From Coriobacteriaceae bacterium (GTDB lineage: Bacteria; Actinomycetota; Coriobacteriia; Anaerosomatales; D1FN1-002), in NCBI GenBank assembly GCA_013824215.1, contig PNNM01000001.1, positions 1-53,750 of the forward strand: 53,750 bases of DNA, written 5' to 3'. This document shows, one piece after another, positions 1 through 8,716 of this stretch. Each line of letters begins with the position of its first letter. Position 1 is the stretch's first letter. The notes under the pieces were generated by a model. The model saw nothing but the letters and a program-made list of their open reading frames with translations. It was not told where the DNA came from and searched no databases. Position numbers and translations under genes: made by a program.

Positions 1-2
1 CC

Positions 3-1919
3 ATCGCCACCGCGGTCTTCGCGGTCGAGGCGTATCAGGCATGGCGCGAGGCGGCGGCGGGTGAGACGGCCGCGCTGACGCAGGCGGCGCTCATCGCCAT
101 CTCACTCGCGGTGGCCGCCATCCCCGAGGGCCTCCCCGCGGTCGTGACCATGGCGCTCTCGATCGGCGTGCGCCGCATGGCCCAGCGCAACGCGATCGTC
201 CGGCGCCTCCACGCGGTGGAGACGCTCGGCTCAACGACGTTCATCTGCTCGGACAAGACGGGGACGATCACGCGCAACGAGATGCGGGTGCGCCGGATCG
301 TCGTGGGCGAGGACACCGCCGACATCCTGCCCGACTTCGCGCTCTCCCCCGATGGTGCGGTGCCGATAGGCGAGGACTTGGATCTCATGTTCGAGATCGC
401 CGCGTCCTGCAACGACGCGCGCTTTGCGGCGGACGACACGCTGGTCGGCGACCCGACCGAGACCGCGCTCATCGAAGCCGCCGATCGCCTCTCCGAACAC
501 GGCGTGCGGCCGAAGCGCGTGGGCGAGGTGCCGTTCGACTCGGAGCGCAAGCGGATGACGACCGTGCATGCCTCCGGCGGCGGGCGCGTCGCGTATATGA
601 AGGGCGGCGCCGACGTGGTGCTCGCGCTGTGCTCCTGCGCCCTGCTCCGCGGCGAGACCGTCCCGATGACCGAGGGCCTTCGCACCCGCCTCTCGGAGGT
701 CAACGCCGGTCTCGCCTCGAGCGGATACCGGACGCTCGCCCTCGCCATGCGCACGCTGTCGACCGACGAGCCCTCCGAGGGCGAGGATCTCGAGCGGGAC
801 ATGACCTACGTCGGCATCGTCGCCCTGCTCGACCCGCCGCGGGCAGGGGTCGCCGAGGCGATCGACGAGTGCCACAGCGCCGGCATCCACGTCGCGATGA
901 TCACCGGGGACCACGCCTTGACGGCGCAGGCGATCGGTTCCGAGATCGGGCTCGTGGAGGGTGAGCGCGTGGTCACCGGCGTCGAACTGGAACGGATGTC
1001 CGACGACGAACTCGCCTGCGCGGTCGACGATATCCGCATCTACGCGCGCGTGGACCCGGAGCACAAGCTCCGCATCGTCAACGCGCTGAAGCGCCGCGGG
1101 CACGTCGTGGCCATGACCGGCGACGGCGTCAACGACGCCCCGGCGCTCAAACGCGCGGACATCGGCGTGGCGATGGGTCGCATCGGGACCGACGTCTCCC
1201 GCGAGGCCGCGGACATGGTGCTCGCGGACGACAACTTCGCGACCATAGTGGAGGCCATCCGGCAGGGACGCATCGTCTTCGAGAACCTGCGCAAGGTCAT
1301 CCTCTTCCTGCTCTCGTGCAACATGTCCGAGGTTCTCATCGTGTTCACGACCGCGCTCATCTCGCCACATCCCGCCCTGCTGCCCCTGCAGATCCTGTGG
1401 ATCAACCTGGTGACGGACGGCCCTCCCGCGCTCGCGCTCGGCGTGGACCGGGGATCACCGCGCGTGATGGACCGGGCTCCGCGAGGCCCGGAGGAGTCGA
1501 TCCTCACACCCGATCGCCAGATGCAGATCCTGGTGCAAGGCGCGCTCATGACGCTCGCCGGCCTCATCATCTACTTCGGTGCGGGCAGGCTCTTCCCCGT
1601 CGACGGCCCCGAGCATGCTCAGACGATGCTGTTCACGGCCATGGTGCTCGTGCAGGGTTTGCACGCCTTCAGCTTCCTGTCCGCGTCGAAGACCGTCTTC
1701 TCGCGTGAGTCGCTCCGGAACGGGTGGCTGATCGGCGGGTTCGGCGTGTCGCTCGTTCTTCAGGCCGCTGTGATCTACCTGCCGCCACTCCGGAGGCTGT
1801 TCGGCACCGTCCCGCTCGGCGTCCACGACTGGATCGCCGTGGTCGCCGCCGTGCTCGTTCCGGTCGTGGCGATCGACGCGCTGAAGGTCCTCGGCGCGAT
1901 AAGGGCGCGGCGGGCGTAG
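3..1919 (+). CDS. P-type cation-transporting ATPase (P2-type, Ca2+/Mg2+-like), 5' end outside the window
   Basis: The frame is open from the window start. It carries the phosphorylation motif CSDKTGTITRNEM, the nucleotide-domain motif MITGDHALTA, the hinge motif MTGDGVNDAPALKRADIGVAMG and C-terminal TM helices (PEGLPAV upstream, LLSCNMSEVL..., LQILWINLVTDG). Confidence 0.9.
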   Translation: MATAVFAVEAYQAWREAAAGETAALTQAALIAISLAVAAIPEGLPAVVTMALSIGVRRMAQRNAIVRRLHAVETLGSTTFICSDKTGTITRNEMRVRRIVVGEDTADILPDFALSPDGAVPIGEDLDLMFEIAASCNDARFAADDTLVGDPTETALIEAADRLSEHGVRPKRVGEVPFDSERKRMTTVHASGGGRVAYMKGGADVVLALCSCALLRGETVPMTEGLRTRLSEVNAGLASSGYRTLALAMRTLSTDEPSEGEDLERDMTYVGIVALLDPPRAGVAEAIDECHSAGIHVAMITGDHALTAQAIGSEIGLVEGERVVTGVELERMSDDELACAVDDIRIYARVDPEHKLRIVNALKRRGHVVAMTGDGVNDAPALKRADIGVAMGRIGTDVSREAADMVLADDNFATIVEAIRQGRIVFENLRKVILFLLSCNMSEVLIVFTTALISPHPALLPLQILWINLVTDGPPALALGVDRGSPRVMDRAPRGPEESILTPDRQMQILVQGALMTLAGLIIYFGAGRLFPVDGPEHAQTMLFTAMVLVQGLHAFSFLSASKTVFSRESLRNGWLIGGFGVSLVLQAAVIYLPPLRRLFGTVPLGVHDWIAVVAAVLVPVVAIDALKVLGAIRARRA

Positions 1920-1936
1920 GCGACGGGAAGGTGGTG

Positions 1937-1990
1937 GCGTCTCCGCCGCGCTCGCCCGATACTTGGCGTCGAGCGCGAGACGGGAGACGC
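1937..1990 (+). terminator. Nested GC-rich hairpin between the ATPase stop and the kinase start; possible terminator that also occludes the kinase SD
   Basis: Outer arms GCGTCTCC (1937-1944) / GGAGACGC (1983-1990) and inner arms CGCGCTCG (1947-1954) / CGAGCGCG (1970-1977) are both perfect 8-bp complements. The 3' arm contains GGGAG directly before ATG 1991. There is no U-tract. Confidence 0.35.
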
Positions 1991-4120
1991 ATGGCCGAGG
2001 TACGCGCGAAACGGGGCCGACCGGTGCCGCGCACGCTGCGCGGACGGCTGTCGCTCGTGGTGCTGACCGGCAGCATCGCGGCCGTCGCCGTTGTCGCCTT
2101 CACCACCATCGCGCTCTCGGGCCTGTTCACCCAGGCCATCGCCGCCGAGACCGCGGCCGCCCGGCTCGGCGAGTTCCGCTCCTTCCTCGCGATGAAGGTC
2201 GAGTCGGCCGACATCCAGGTCCTCAACTACGCCGAGTGGGACGACTTCTACGTCCACACGTCACCCGACGAGCCGCCGTCCGAGCAATGGATGACCGCTG
2301 AGGTGTCGGGATGGCTGCCCACCCGCACCGAGGCCGAGACCATCGCTTGGCTCGATCGCAGCGGCCGGATCGTCTACTCCACAGGCGAGGCGGACGACGT
2401 CCGAGCCCTCGTCCGGATGGCGCTCGGTTTGAACGGCGGATCGCTGAGGGGTCCGATCGGGCTCTCGCACGGCCCGGCCGTGGCCTCCATCCGCCCCGTC
2501 ACCGGTTGGCCGAGCAAGCCCTACGTCGGCTATGTGGCGATCGCGCAGTACCTCTCGCCGAAGATGCTCGATGGCTTCGTGTCCACTACCGGCGCGCGCG
2601 GCGTCTCGGCATCCCCGGCCGGAGAACGCGTCATCACTTCGTCGGACGTGACCGCCGAGGGATGGGGTGGGGTCGAGATACGGGGCGGGGCGGGAGAGTT
2701 CAGTGTGACGGGCGAGCTCGCGGGGCCGGGGGGCGAGGTGGTGGGGCTCGTGACGGTGCGTGACGCCGACCCGATGGCCGGCCACACCATGCGCGCGCTC
2801 GCTCTGGCCTCGCTGCTGGTGGTCGGACTCACCCTCGCAGGCGGTGTGAGTGTCAACGCACTCCTGCGCCGCATGGTGAGCCGGCCGGTCGACGAGATCG
2901 GGACACGGGTGCGCGTCGCCGTCGAGACCGCGCTCTCCGGCGCCGGGTACACGCCTCTCCAGAGCGAGCCGGGCACACCCGAGGAACTGCGCACGACCCT
3001 CGAGGTCGTCGACGCGCTCATACAGCGGCTCGCGGCTCGCCAGACTGAACTGGAGCGGGCGGCCGACGAGGCGCGCGCCGCCGAAGAGCGCCTCCGCATC
3101 GCGGTGGACGACTCGACCGAGGCGAAGGTCCTCGTCATCGACGGCGTGGTGCGCCTCGCCAACCCTGCCGCTGCCGCCCTCTTCGGGCGTCCCGTCGGCG
3201 AGATGCTCGGCAGGCCGGCCGCCGAGGCCCTCGGCACAGCGTCGGTCACCACCGAGGCCGGCACGCCGTTCGGGCTTGCGCAGGCGGCGTCCTCCGGCGA
3301 CGCGGAACTTCCCGCCCTCATGGTCGAGGTGGAGGACCGCGCGCCCCGCTGGGTGGAGGCGCGCGTGGTCGCGCATCCCGAACAGGGCGAGTACCTGATC
3401 ACGGCGCGCGACGTCACCGAGCCGCGCCGGCTCGGGGAACTGCGTGAGGAGGTCCTCCAGCTGGTGAGCCACGACCTGAAGTCGCCGCTCTCCGTCATCG
3501 CCGGCTACCTCGACATCCTGGAGACCCGGGCCGAAGAGGCCACGCGCGCCAAGGCGATCGACGGAGCACGTCGCGGGACCCAGCGGATGAACGCGCTGCT
3601 CGACGACCTCGTCAACACCACGCGCGCAGACGAGTTGTTCGCCCCGCGCTCGATGGCCCCGGTGCGGATCGACCGTCTGGCCGAGGACGTGGTGGCCTCG
3701 TTCGAACACACCACACGCCACCCGCTGAGATTCGAGAGTGGTGGCCCGTGCGTCGCCTACGGGGATGAGCGAAGGCTTCGGCAGGCACTCGTCAACCTCG
3801 TCACCAACGCCATCAAGTACTCCCCCGAGCTGCGGCCCATCACCGTGGGTGTGCGCGAGGAAGGTCCCCACGTGCTGCTGCACGTGGAGGATGAGGGACC
3901 GGGGGTGCCCGAAGCGGACCGCCTGTGCGTGTTCGAGCGCTTCTACCGGGCCGACGTCTCCGAGGGGCGGCCGGGTATCGGTCTCGGGCTATACATCGTG
4001 CGGGCGATCGTCACCGCGCACGGGGGAACGGTGCGGATCGAGGACCCTGACGACGGAGCGGGCTCCAGGTTCGTCATCGAGTTGCCTCGCGGCCACGCGC
4101 CTGAGCGCGATGGCGACTAG
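1991..4120 (+). CDS. Sensor histidine kinase (two TM helices flanking a CHASE4-like extracytoplasmic domain, then PAS, HisKA, HATPase_c)
   Basis: I chose the internal ATG at 1991 (MAEVRAKRG..., followed by the TM helix LSLVVLTGSIAAVAVVAFTTIAL). Motifs: YAEWDDFY (CHASE4-like), H-box VSHDLKSPLSVIAGY, N-box LVTNAIKYSP, G1 EDEGPGVP, G2 GIGLGLYIV. No response regulator is adjacent. Confidence 0.85.
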   Translation: MAEVRAKRGRPVPRTLRGRLSLVVLTGSIAAVAVVAFTTIALSGLFTQAIAAETAAARLGEFRSFLAMKVESADIQVLNYAEWDDFYVHTSPDEPPSEQWMTAEVSGWLPTRTEAETIAWLDRSGRIVYSTGEADDVRALVRMALGLNGGSLRGPIGLSHGPAVASIRPVTGWPSKPYVGYVAIAQYLSPKMLDGFVSTTGARGVSASPAGERVITSSDVTAEGWGGVEIRGGAGEFSVTGELAGPGGEVVGLVTVRDADPMAGHTMRALALASLLVVGLTLAGGVSVNALLRRMVSRPVDEIGTRVRVAVETALSGAGYTPLQSEPGTPEELRTTLEVVDALIQRLAARQTELERAADEARAAEERLRIAVDDSTEAKVLVIDGVVRLANPAAAALFGRPVGEMLGRPAAEALGTASVTTEAGTPFGLAQAASSGDAELPALMVEVEDRAPRWVEARVVAHPEQGEYLITARDVTEPRRLGELREEVLQLVSHDLKSPLSVIAGYLDILETRAEEATRAKAIDGARRGTQRMNALLDDLVNTTRADELFAPRSMAPVRIDRLAEDVVASFEHTTRHPLRFESGGPCVAYGDERRLRQALVNLVTNAIKYSPELRPITVGVREEGPHVLLHVEDEGPGVPEADRLCVFERFYRADVSEGRPGIGLGLYIVRAIVTAHGGTVRIEDPDDGAGSRFVIELPRGHAPERDGD

Positions 4121-5052
4121 CCCCGGTCCTCCAAGGCAAGTTCGACGAGCTGCGCGCACAACTGCGGGAACTCGATCCCCGCTGCACGGGCCGCATCCGG
4201 GAACAGGCTCGTGGCGGTCATCCCGGGGATGGTGTTCACCTCGAGCAGGTAGACCTCCCCATCCGCGGTGACAATGGTATCCGCACGCGACATGCCCCAG
4301 CAGCCGAGCGCGGCGTGTGCCTCCAGCGCGAGCCGGACACACTCGGCGTCCGCCTCGGCGGATATGCGCGCCGGGATGATGTGCCTGCTCATCCCCGGCA
4401 CATACTTCGACTCGTAGTCGTAGAACTCGTGCTCGGGGACGATCTCGAGACTCGGAAGCGCCCGGGGATGTTCGTTGCCGAGCACCCCGACCGTGACCTC
4501 CGCCCCCGCCACGAAACGCTCGACGAGCGCGACCGCATCGTGACGGAACGACTCCTCGAGCGCCACCGGCAGCTCCTCTGGCGCATGCACGATCGTCACG
4601 CCGATCGCCGAGCCTTCCGAAGCCGGCTTGACGACGGTGCGCGTCCCGAGCTGCATCACGAGCGCGTCCGTGTCGAAAGGCTCGCCCCGCCGGACCGTCG
4701 CCCACTCCGGGGTCTTCAGGCCGTGCAGCTCGAAGAGCCGTTTGCTCATGACCTTGTCCATCGCCGCGGCGCTCGCCAGCACGCCGGACCCCACGTACGG
4801 CAGGTCGAGCAGCTCGAGCAGACCTTGGATCGTGCCGTCCTCGCCCCAGCGCCCGTGGAGGCAGATGAAGGCCACGTCCGCCCCGCTGACCCGGATGGCC
4901 TCGATGAAGCCGGCGTCACCCGTGTCGATCTCGACCACCCGGAAGTCCGCCGAGGCCAGAGCGCTCGCCACCTGCGCGCCGGTGTTGAGCGATACCTCGC
5001 GCTCGGCGGACCTGCCGCCCTTCAGGACCGCGACGGTGCGCACCGCGCTCAC
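4117..5052 (-). CDS. ddl: D-alanine--D-alanine ligase
   Basis: VAVLKGGRSAEREVSLNTG..., ICLHGRWGEDGTIQGLLELLDLPYVGSG, and the ATP-grasp C-terminus EVNTIPGMT. I chose the GTG start at 5052, which overlaps the upstream gene's stop as GTGA. The longer track ORF (to 5370) is an Arg-rich extension that overlaps a real gene. Confidence 0.9.
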   Translation of the reverse strand: MSAVRTVAVLKGGRSAEREVSLNTGAQVASALASADFRVVEIDTGDAGFIEAIRVSGADVAFICLHGRWGEDGTIQGLLELLDLPYVGSGVLASAAAMDKVMSKRLFELHGLKTPEWATVRRGEPFDTDALVMQLGTRTVVKPASEGSAIGVTIVHAPEELPVALEESFRHDAVALVERFVAGAEVTVGVLGNEHPRALPSLEIVPEHEFYDYESKYVPGMSRHIIPARISAEADAECVRLALEAHAALGCWGMSRADTIVTADGEVYLLEVNTIPGMTATSLFPDAARAAGIEFPQLCAQLVELALEDRG

Positions 5053-5687
5053 AACCAGCCGAGCCTGAGCGCATCGAGCATGATCAGGCCGACGACCCAC
5101 AAAGCGACGCCGGCGAACGTCGCCGCTGCCCCCCGCACGAGCGCGGTCACGAACAGGCCGTGGCGCAGGTGCTGGGGCGTGGTCGCGCGCGTACGCATCC
5201 AGACGATCAGCGCGAGCACCGGGCCGAGCATGGCGAGCGCAAGGCCGCCCAGCAGGAGCGGGCCGTAGTACGCCGACTCGACGGGCGAGGCGGCCGGATT
5301 CGAGAACAGGACCGTGACCCCGGAGGCCGCATACACCGCCCACACCGCCACGTACACCACGAACGGCCACTTCGGGATCCCTGCCGCGACCACGACCTGT
5401 ACCGGCTCGGGCGCATCGGTGGGAGCCGGTTCGGGCGCATCGGGCGGCGTCTCGGCCTCGGCCGTCTCCGGCTCCTCGGCCCCGGGCATCGTCTCGGGCG
5501 CCGTCTCGGCTTCCGCTTCCTCCGGCGCTTGCTCGGCTGTGACCGGATCGCTCGCGGCCTCCTCGAGCGGCTCGTCCGGCTCCGCGGCCTCCGCCTCGGC
5601 GGTCTCCACCTCAGCGACTAGATCGACGGGCTCTTCGGGCGGCGTCTCGGGGTCAGGCGGAACGTGTTCCTCCAGCGTCTCGTCCAA
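5049..5687 (-). CDS. Hypothetical membrane protein: about 100-aa acidic Pro/Glu/Ala-rich N-terminus plus about 4 TM helices
   Basis: Strong GC3 bias, low-complexity PEEAEAETAPE... repeats, then hydrophobic helices (WPFVVYVAVWAVYAASGVTVLF, LLLGGLALAMLGPVLALIVW, ...). It overlaps ddl by 4 bp. I recognise no family. Confidence 0.6.
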   Translation of the reverse strand: MDETLEEHVPPDPETPPEEPVDLVAEVETAEAEAAEPDEPLEEAASDPVTAEQAPEEAEAETAPETMPGAEEPETAEAETPPDAPEPAPTDAPEPVQVVVAAGIPKWPFVVYVAVWAVYAASGVTVLFSNPAASPVESAYYGPLLLGGLALAMLGPVLALIVWMRTRATTPQHLRHGLFVTALVRGAAATFAGVALWVVGLIMLDALRLGWL

Positions 5688-5822
5688 GCGAAGGCCCTCC
5701 CCCGTCCCCGGTCGCGTCTACGCGCAGTCTAGTCGACGGTCGGCGCGTGAGACAACGCGGGCGGGCGTACTACTATGGAGGGACGCAAGAGGCCCGAGAG
5801 GCCACGGGACCGAGAAGGTGCG

Positions 5823-7121
5823 ATGGACGACAACACCACCCGCGAGACCGCCCCCATCACGACAGCGGACGTCCCATCCGCGGCGCCGGACGCCGCGCAC
5901 GCACTGCCTGTGGCGGTGCCCGAGGAGCGCGGGCCGAGGGCAGGCGGCTCCACGCTCGCCGTGGCCGCTGCCGTTGCGCTGCTCGTCGGTCTGTGCGCCG
6001 GGACCGGGGCCGGCATCGGCGGAGCGTGGCTCCTGCTCAACGGCCGCGCGGCCCTGCCTTCCAAAGTCGAGGTGGTGCCGGCGTCCACGGACGAGCCCGT
6101 CACCGCGGCGGTAGTAGCCGCGGTCGGCAGCATCGTCAACATCGACATCTCGGGGGACACCAGCTCCACCGATGACAGCGACGGGGCCCTGCCGCAGGGG
6201 CATCCCGACGTGCCCGTCATCGGCCAAGGCTCGGGGGTCGCGTTCAGGCAGGCGCCCGGCGGCGGCACTTACATCCTCACCAACGACCACGTGGTGGAAG
6301 GGGCGGACGAGATCGTCGTGCGCGACACGGCCGGGGAGTCATACGACGCCGTGCTGGTCGGCACCGATGCGGAGACGGACATCGCGGTGGTCGAGGTGGA
6401 CCGCAAGCTCCCGATCGTGAAGGTCGGCGACTCCGAGAAGTTGCGCGTCGGCGACCTTGTGGTGGCCATCGGCTCGCCTTTCGGGCTCTCACACTCGGTG
6501 ACCGCCGGCGTGGTCTCGGCTCTCGCGCGCTCGCTTCCCGACTTCGGGGACGACGACAGCGCCAGCTACCCGCTCGTCGACGTCATCCAGACCGACGCCG
6601 CGATCAATCCGGGGAACTCGGGCGGGGCGCTCGTGGACCGCACGGGCCGCTTGGTCGGGATCAACACGGCGCTCTACTCGGACGAGGGCGCGAACGGCGG
6701 GATCGGCTTCGCCATCCCCTCGAACACCGCGATGAGGGTCGCCGAGCAGATCATCTCGGGGAAGGGCGTCGAGCACCCCTTCCTCGGCATCGTCGGCCAG
6801 ACCGTCACGCGGGAGTTCGCCGACGAGCGTAGCCTCCCGGCGTCCGAGGGGGCGTACGTGGTACAGGTGACGCGCGGCACCGGTGCCGCGAAGGCGGGCG
6901 TGCGGGAGAAGGACCTCGTCGTGGGGTTGGACTCGACCCGGATCCGTTCGATGGACGACCTCATCCTCGCGGTCCGCCGCCACCGCGTCGGTGACACCGT
7001 GACGCTGAAGCTCTACCGGTCAGGCAGGTTGATCGAGCTGGAGATGACAGTCGGACAGAAGCCTGACGACCTCGAGTCGCTCATCGGGACCGAGGGCACG
7101 CTGCCCGAGAACCACCCGTAG
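5823..7121 (+). CDS. HtrA/DegP-family trypsin-like serine protease with a C-terminal PDZ domain and N-terminal membrane anchor
   Basis: Catalytic-triad context TNDHVV, DIAVV, GNSGGALVD, followed by a PDZ-like region (FLGIVGQ...GDTVTLKLYR). ATG 5823 has GAAGG 5 nt upstream; the alternative start is 5775. Confidence 0.85.
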   Translation: MDDNTTRETAPITTADVPSAAPDAAHALPVAVPEERGPRAGGSTLAVAAAVALLVGLCAGTGAGIGGAWLLLNGRAALPSKVEVVPASTDEPVTAAVVAAVGSIVNIDISGDTSSTDDSDGALPQGHPDVPVIGQGSGVAFRQAPGGGTYILTNDHVVEGADEIVVRDTAGESYDAVLVGTDAETDIAVVEVDRKLPIVKVGDSEKLRVGDLVVAIGSPFGLSHSVTAGVVSALARSLPDFGDDDSASYPLVDVIQTDAAINPGNSGGALVDRTGRLVGINTALYSDEGANGGIGFAIPSNTAMRVAEQIISGKGVEHPFLGIVGQTVTREFADERSLPASEGAYVVQVTRGTGAAKAGVREKDLVVGLDSTRIRSMDDLILAVRRHRVGDTVTLKLYRSGRLIELEMTVGQKPDDLESLIGTEGTLPENHP

Positions 7122-7202
7122 GACCGCTCGCGATCGGTGAACAGCGAGGGGTCGGCGCTCCGTCCGGCCCCCTCCGGTCAGCGTCCGGTACGCAACGGCG
7201 CT

Positions 7203-8582
7203 CTACTTGCCTCGGGCGGTCCTCCGGGCGCGGAGTACGGTGACCCCGATGACCCCGAACAGGGCCGCGAGTCCGATCACAGCGATGATCGCGAGGTTCT
7301 TCAGCCCTTGGTCGGGATTCCGGCCGTCTCTGGCGGCGGCCTCACGCTCCGCGGCGGCGGCCTCCTCTGGTGAACTGAAGACCGCCAGCACCGACTTGGC
7401 CATCTCGGTCGTCGGGATCTTCACGCCAGCCTCTTCGGCCATCTTCTCCGAACACGAGCGGTAGTTGAGGACCGCCTCCACGGTGACGCCGCCGTCCTGC
7501 GGCATGGCGTACTCGGAGGTGAACGTCTTGGAGCCCTTCGGCGGGATACGCGTGTCGCTCTTCACGGACACGGCGTCCCAGACCTCGGCCGGGAACCTGC
7601 CTCTCGCGTCCGCCAGAACGGTGTTGAAGTCGTGCCGCTCGGAGACGAGCTTGCTGCCGCCCGCGTCGGTGACGGTGACCTGCAGCCAACACTCCCGCAC
7701 GTCAGTCAGACCGGTCGGCAGGTAGTGGCCGGCGCCCGAGTTGACCACGGTGACGGCGATCTCGGCCTTCTTCCCGGGCTCGACGATCTCTTGAGCCTCG
7801 AGCTCCAGCGTCGCAGCGCCCTTCAGGCGCTCCTCGGCCAAGGCGGCGTTGCCCAATCCGACGTTGCCGCCAGCCCACGTCATCGTGTAGATGTGCGGCC
7901 TTTCGGGGCCGAGCCCGGAGGCCCTTCCCGGATTCGGCTTGGTGACACCGGCGCCCGGGGTCATGTGGCAGTCCTGGCAGGTGATCCCCTGCTTCGCGTA
8001 CTCGCTCTTGGACCATTCCGTGTAGGTGGCCTCGAGCGGTAGTCCGTTGGCGGGATGGTTGACGTTGTGGCAGACGCCGCAGAACGCGGCCTGCTCGTGG
8101 TAGTTGGAGTACGCCGTCTCGTGCGCCGGGGACAGGGCGTCCTTCAACTGCGCGCGCTTCACGCCGTTGGCGTCGATCCTCCAGGAGAAGTTGCCTGGCG
8201 GCATCGCCGTCCCGGTGAGCTGGTGGCAGAAGTCGCAGCTGACGGCCTCGGCCGCCGAGCCCGAACGCGACTTGCCCTTCTTGCCCACGAGCCCCGCCAT
8301 CGCGGCGACGGGCCCGTGGCAGGTCTCGCAGAACGGGCCGAGCGCACCATTGGTGGCCCGATTCGCCTCGGAGAGCTTCAGCTGGTAGATGGGGTCCACG
8401 AGCGCCTTGCTGTGCATCGTCGTGCGCCACTGCTCGAGGAAGGCCGTGTGGCACCCGCAGTTCTCGACCACATCGAACTTGGACTGCGGCACCTTCGGCA
8501 CGGCCGCCGACGCGATGGCGGGGACCGCGGCTCCGACCAGCGCCGCGAGAGCGAGCGTCACCAGGACCCGGATCCTCGTCAT
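7203..8582 (-). CDS. Pentaheme c-type cytochrome with Sec signal peptide and C-terminal TM anchor
   Basis: Five CxxCH motifs (CGCH, CETCH, CDFCH, CGVCH, CQDCH). Signal peptide MTRIRVLVTLALAALVGAAVPAIASA. The C-terminal half is non-heme and beta-rich (NSGAGHYLPTG). The terminal helix is LAIIAVIGLAALFGVIGVTVL followed by RARRTARGK. Confidence 0.8.
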   Translation of the reverse strand: MTRIRVLVTLALAALVGAAVPAIASAAVPKVPQSKFDVVENCGCHTAFLEQWRTTMHSKALVDPIYQLKLSEANRATNGALGPFCETCHGPVAAMAGLVGKKGKSRSGSAAEAVSCDFCHQLTGTAMPPGNFSWRIDANGVKRAQLKDALSPAHETAYSNYHEQAAFCGVCHNVNHPANGLPLEATYTEWSKSEYAKQGITCQDCHMTPGAGVTKPNPGRASGLGPERPHIYTMTWAGGNVGLGNAALAEERLKGAATLELEAQEIVEPGKKAEIAVTVVNSGAGHYLPTGLTDVRECWLQVTVTDAGGSKLVSERHDFNTVLADARGRFPAEVWDAVSVKSDTRIPPKGSKTFTSEYAMPQDGGVTVEAVLNYRSCSEKMAEEAGVKIPTTEMAKSVLAVFSSPEEAAAAEREAAARDGRNPDQGLKNLAIIAVIGLAALFGVIGVTVLRARRTARGK

Positions 8583-8716
8583 GTGCTCCTCCTGTCCGAC
8601 ACCGGGCTGCTCCTCCGGTGGTCAGTCTACCCTTCCGCTACCCTAGGGAATGTACTTCTTCGCGGCGGGGCTCTTCCCTTCGCGGGCGCGGGGCGACACG
8701 AGGAGGAGGCGGCGTC

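Noticed and set aside
5053-5370. An N-terminal extension of the ddl track ORF (417 aa in total).
   Set aside because: The extension is Arg/Ala/Pro-rich and overlaps the coding-biased 5049..5687 gene. The Ddl homology begins at VAVLKGG, just after GTG 5052.
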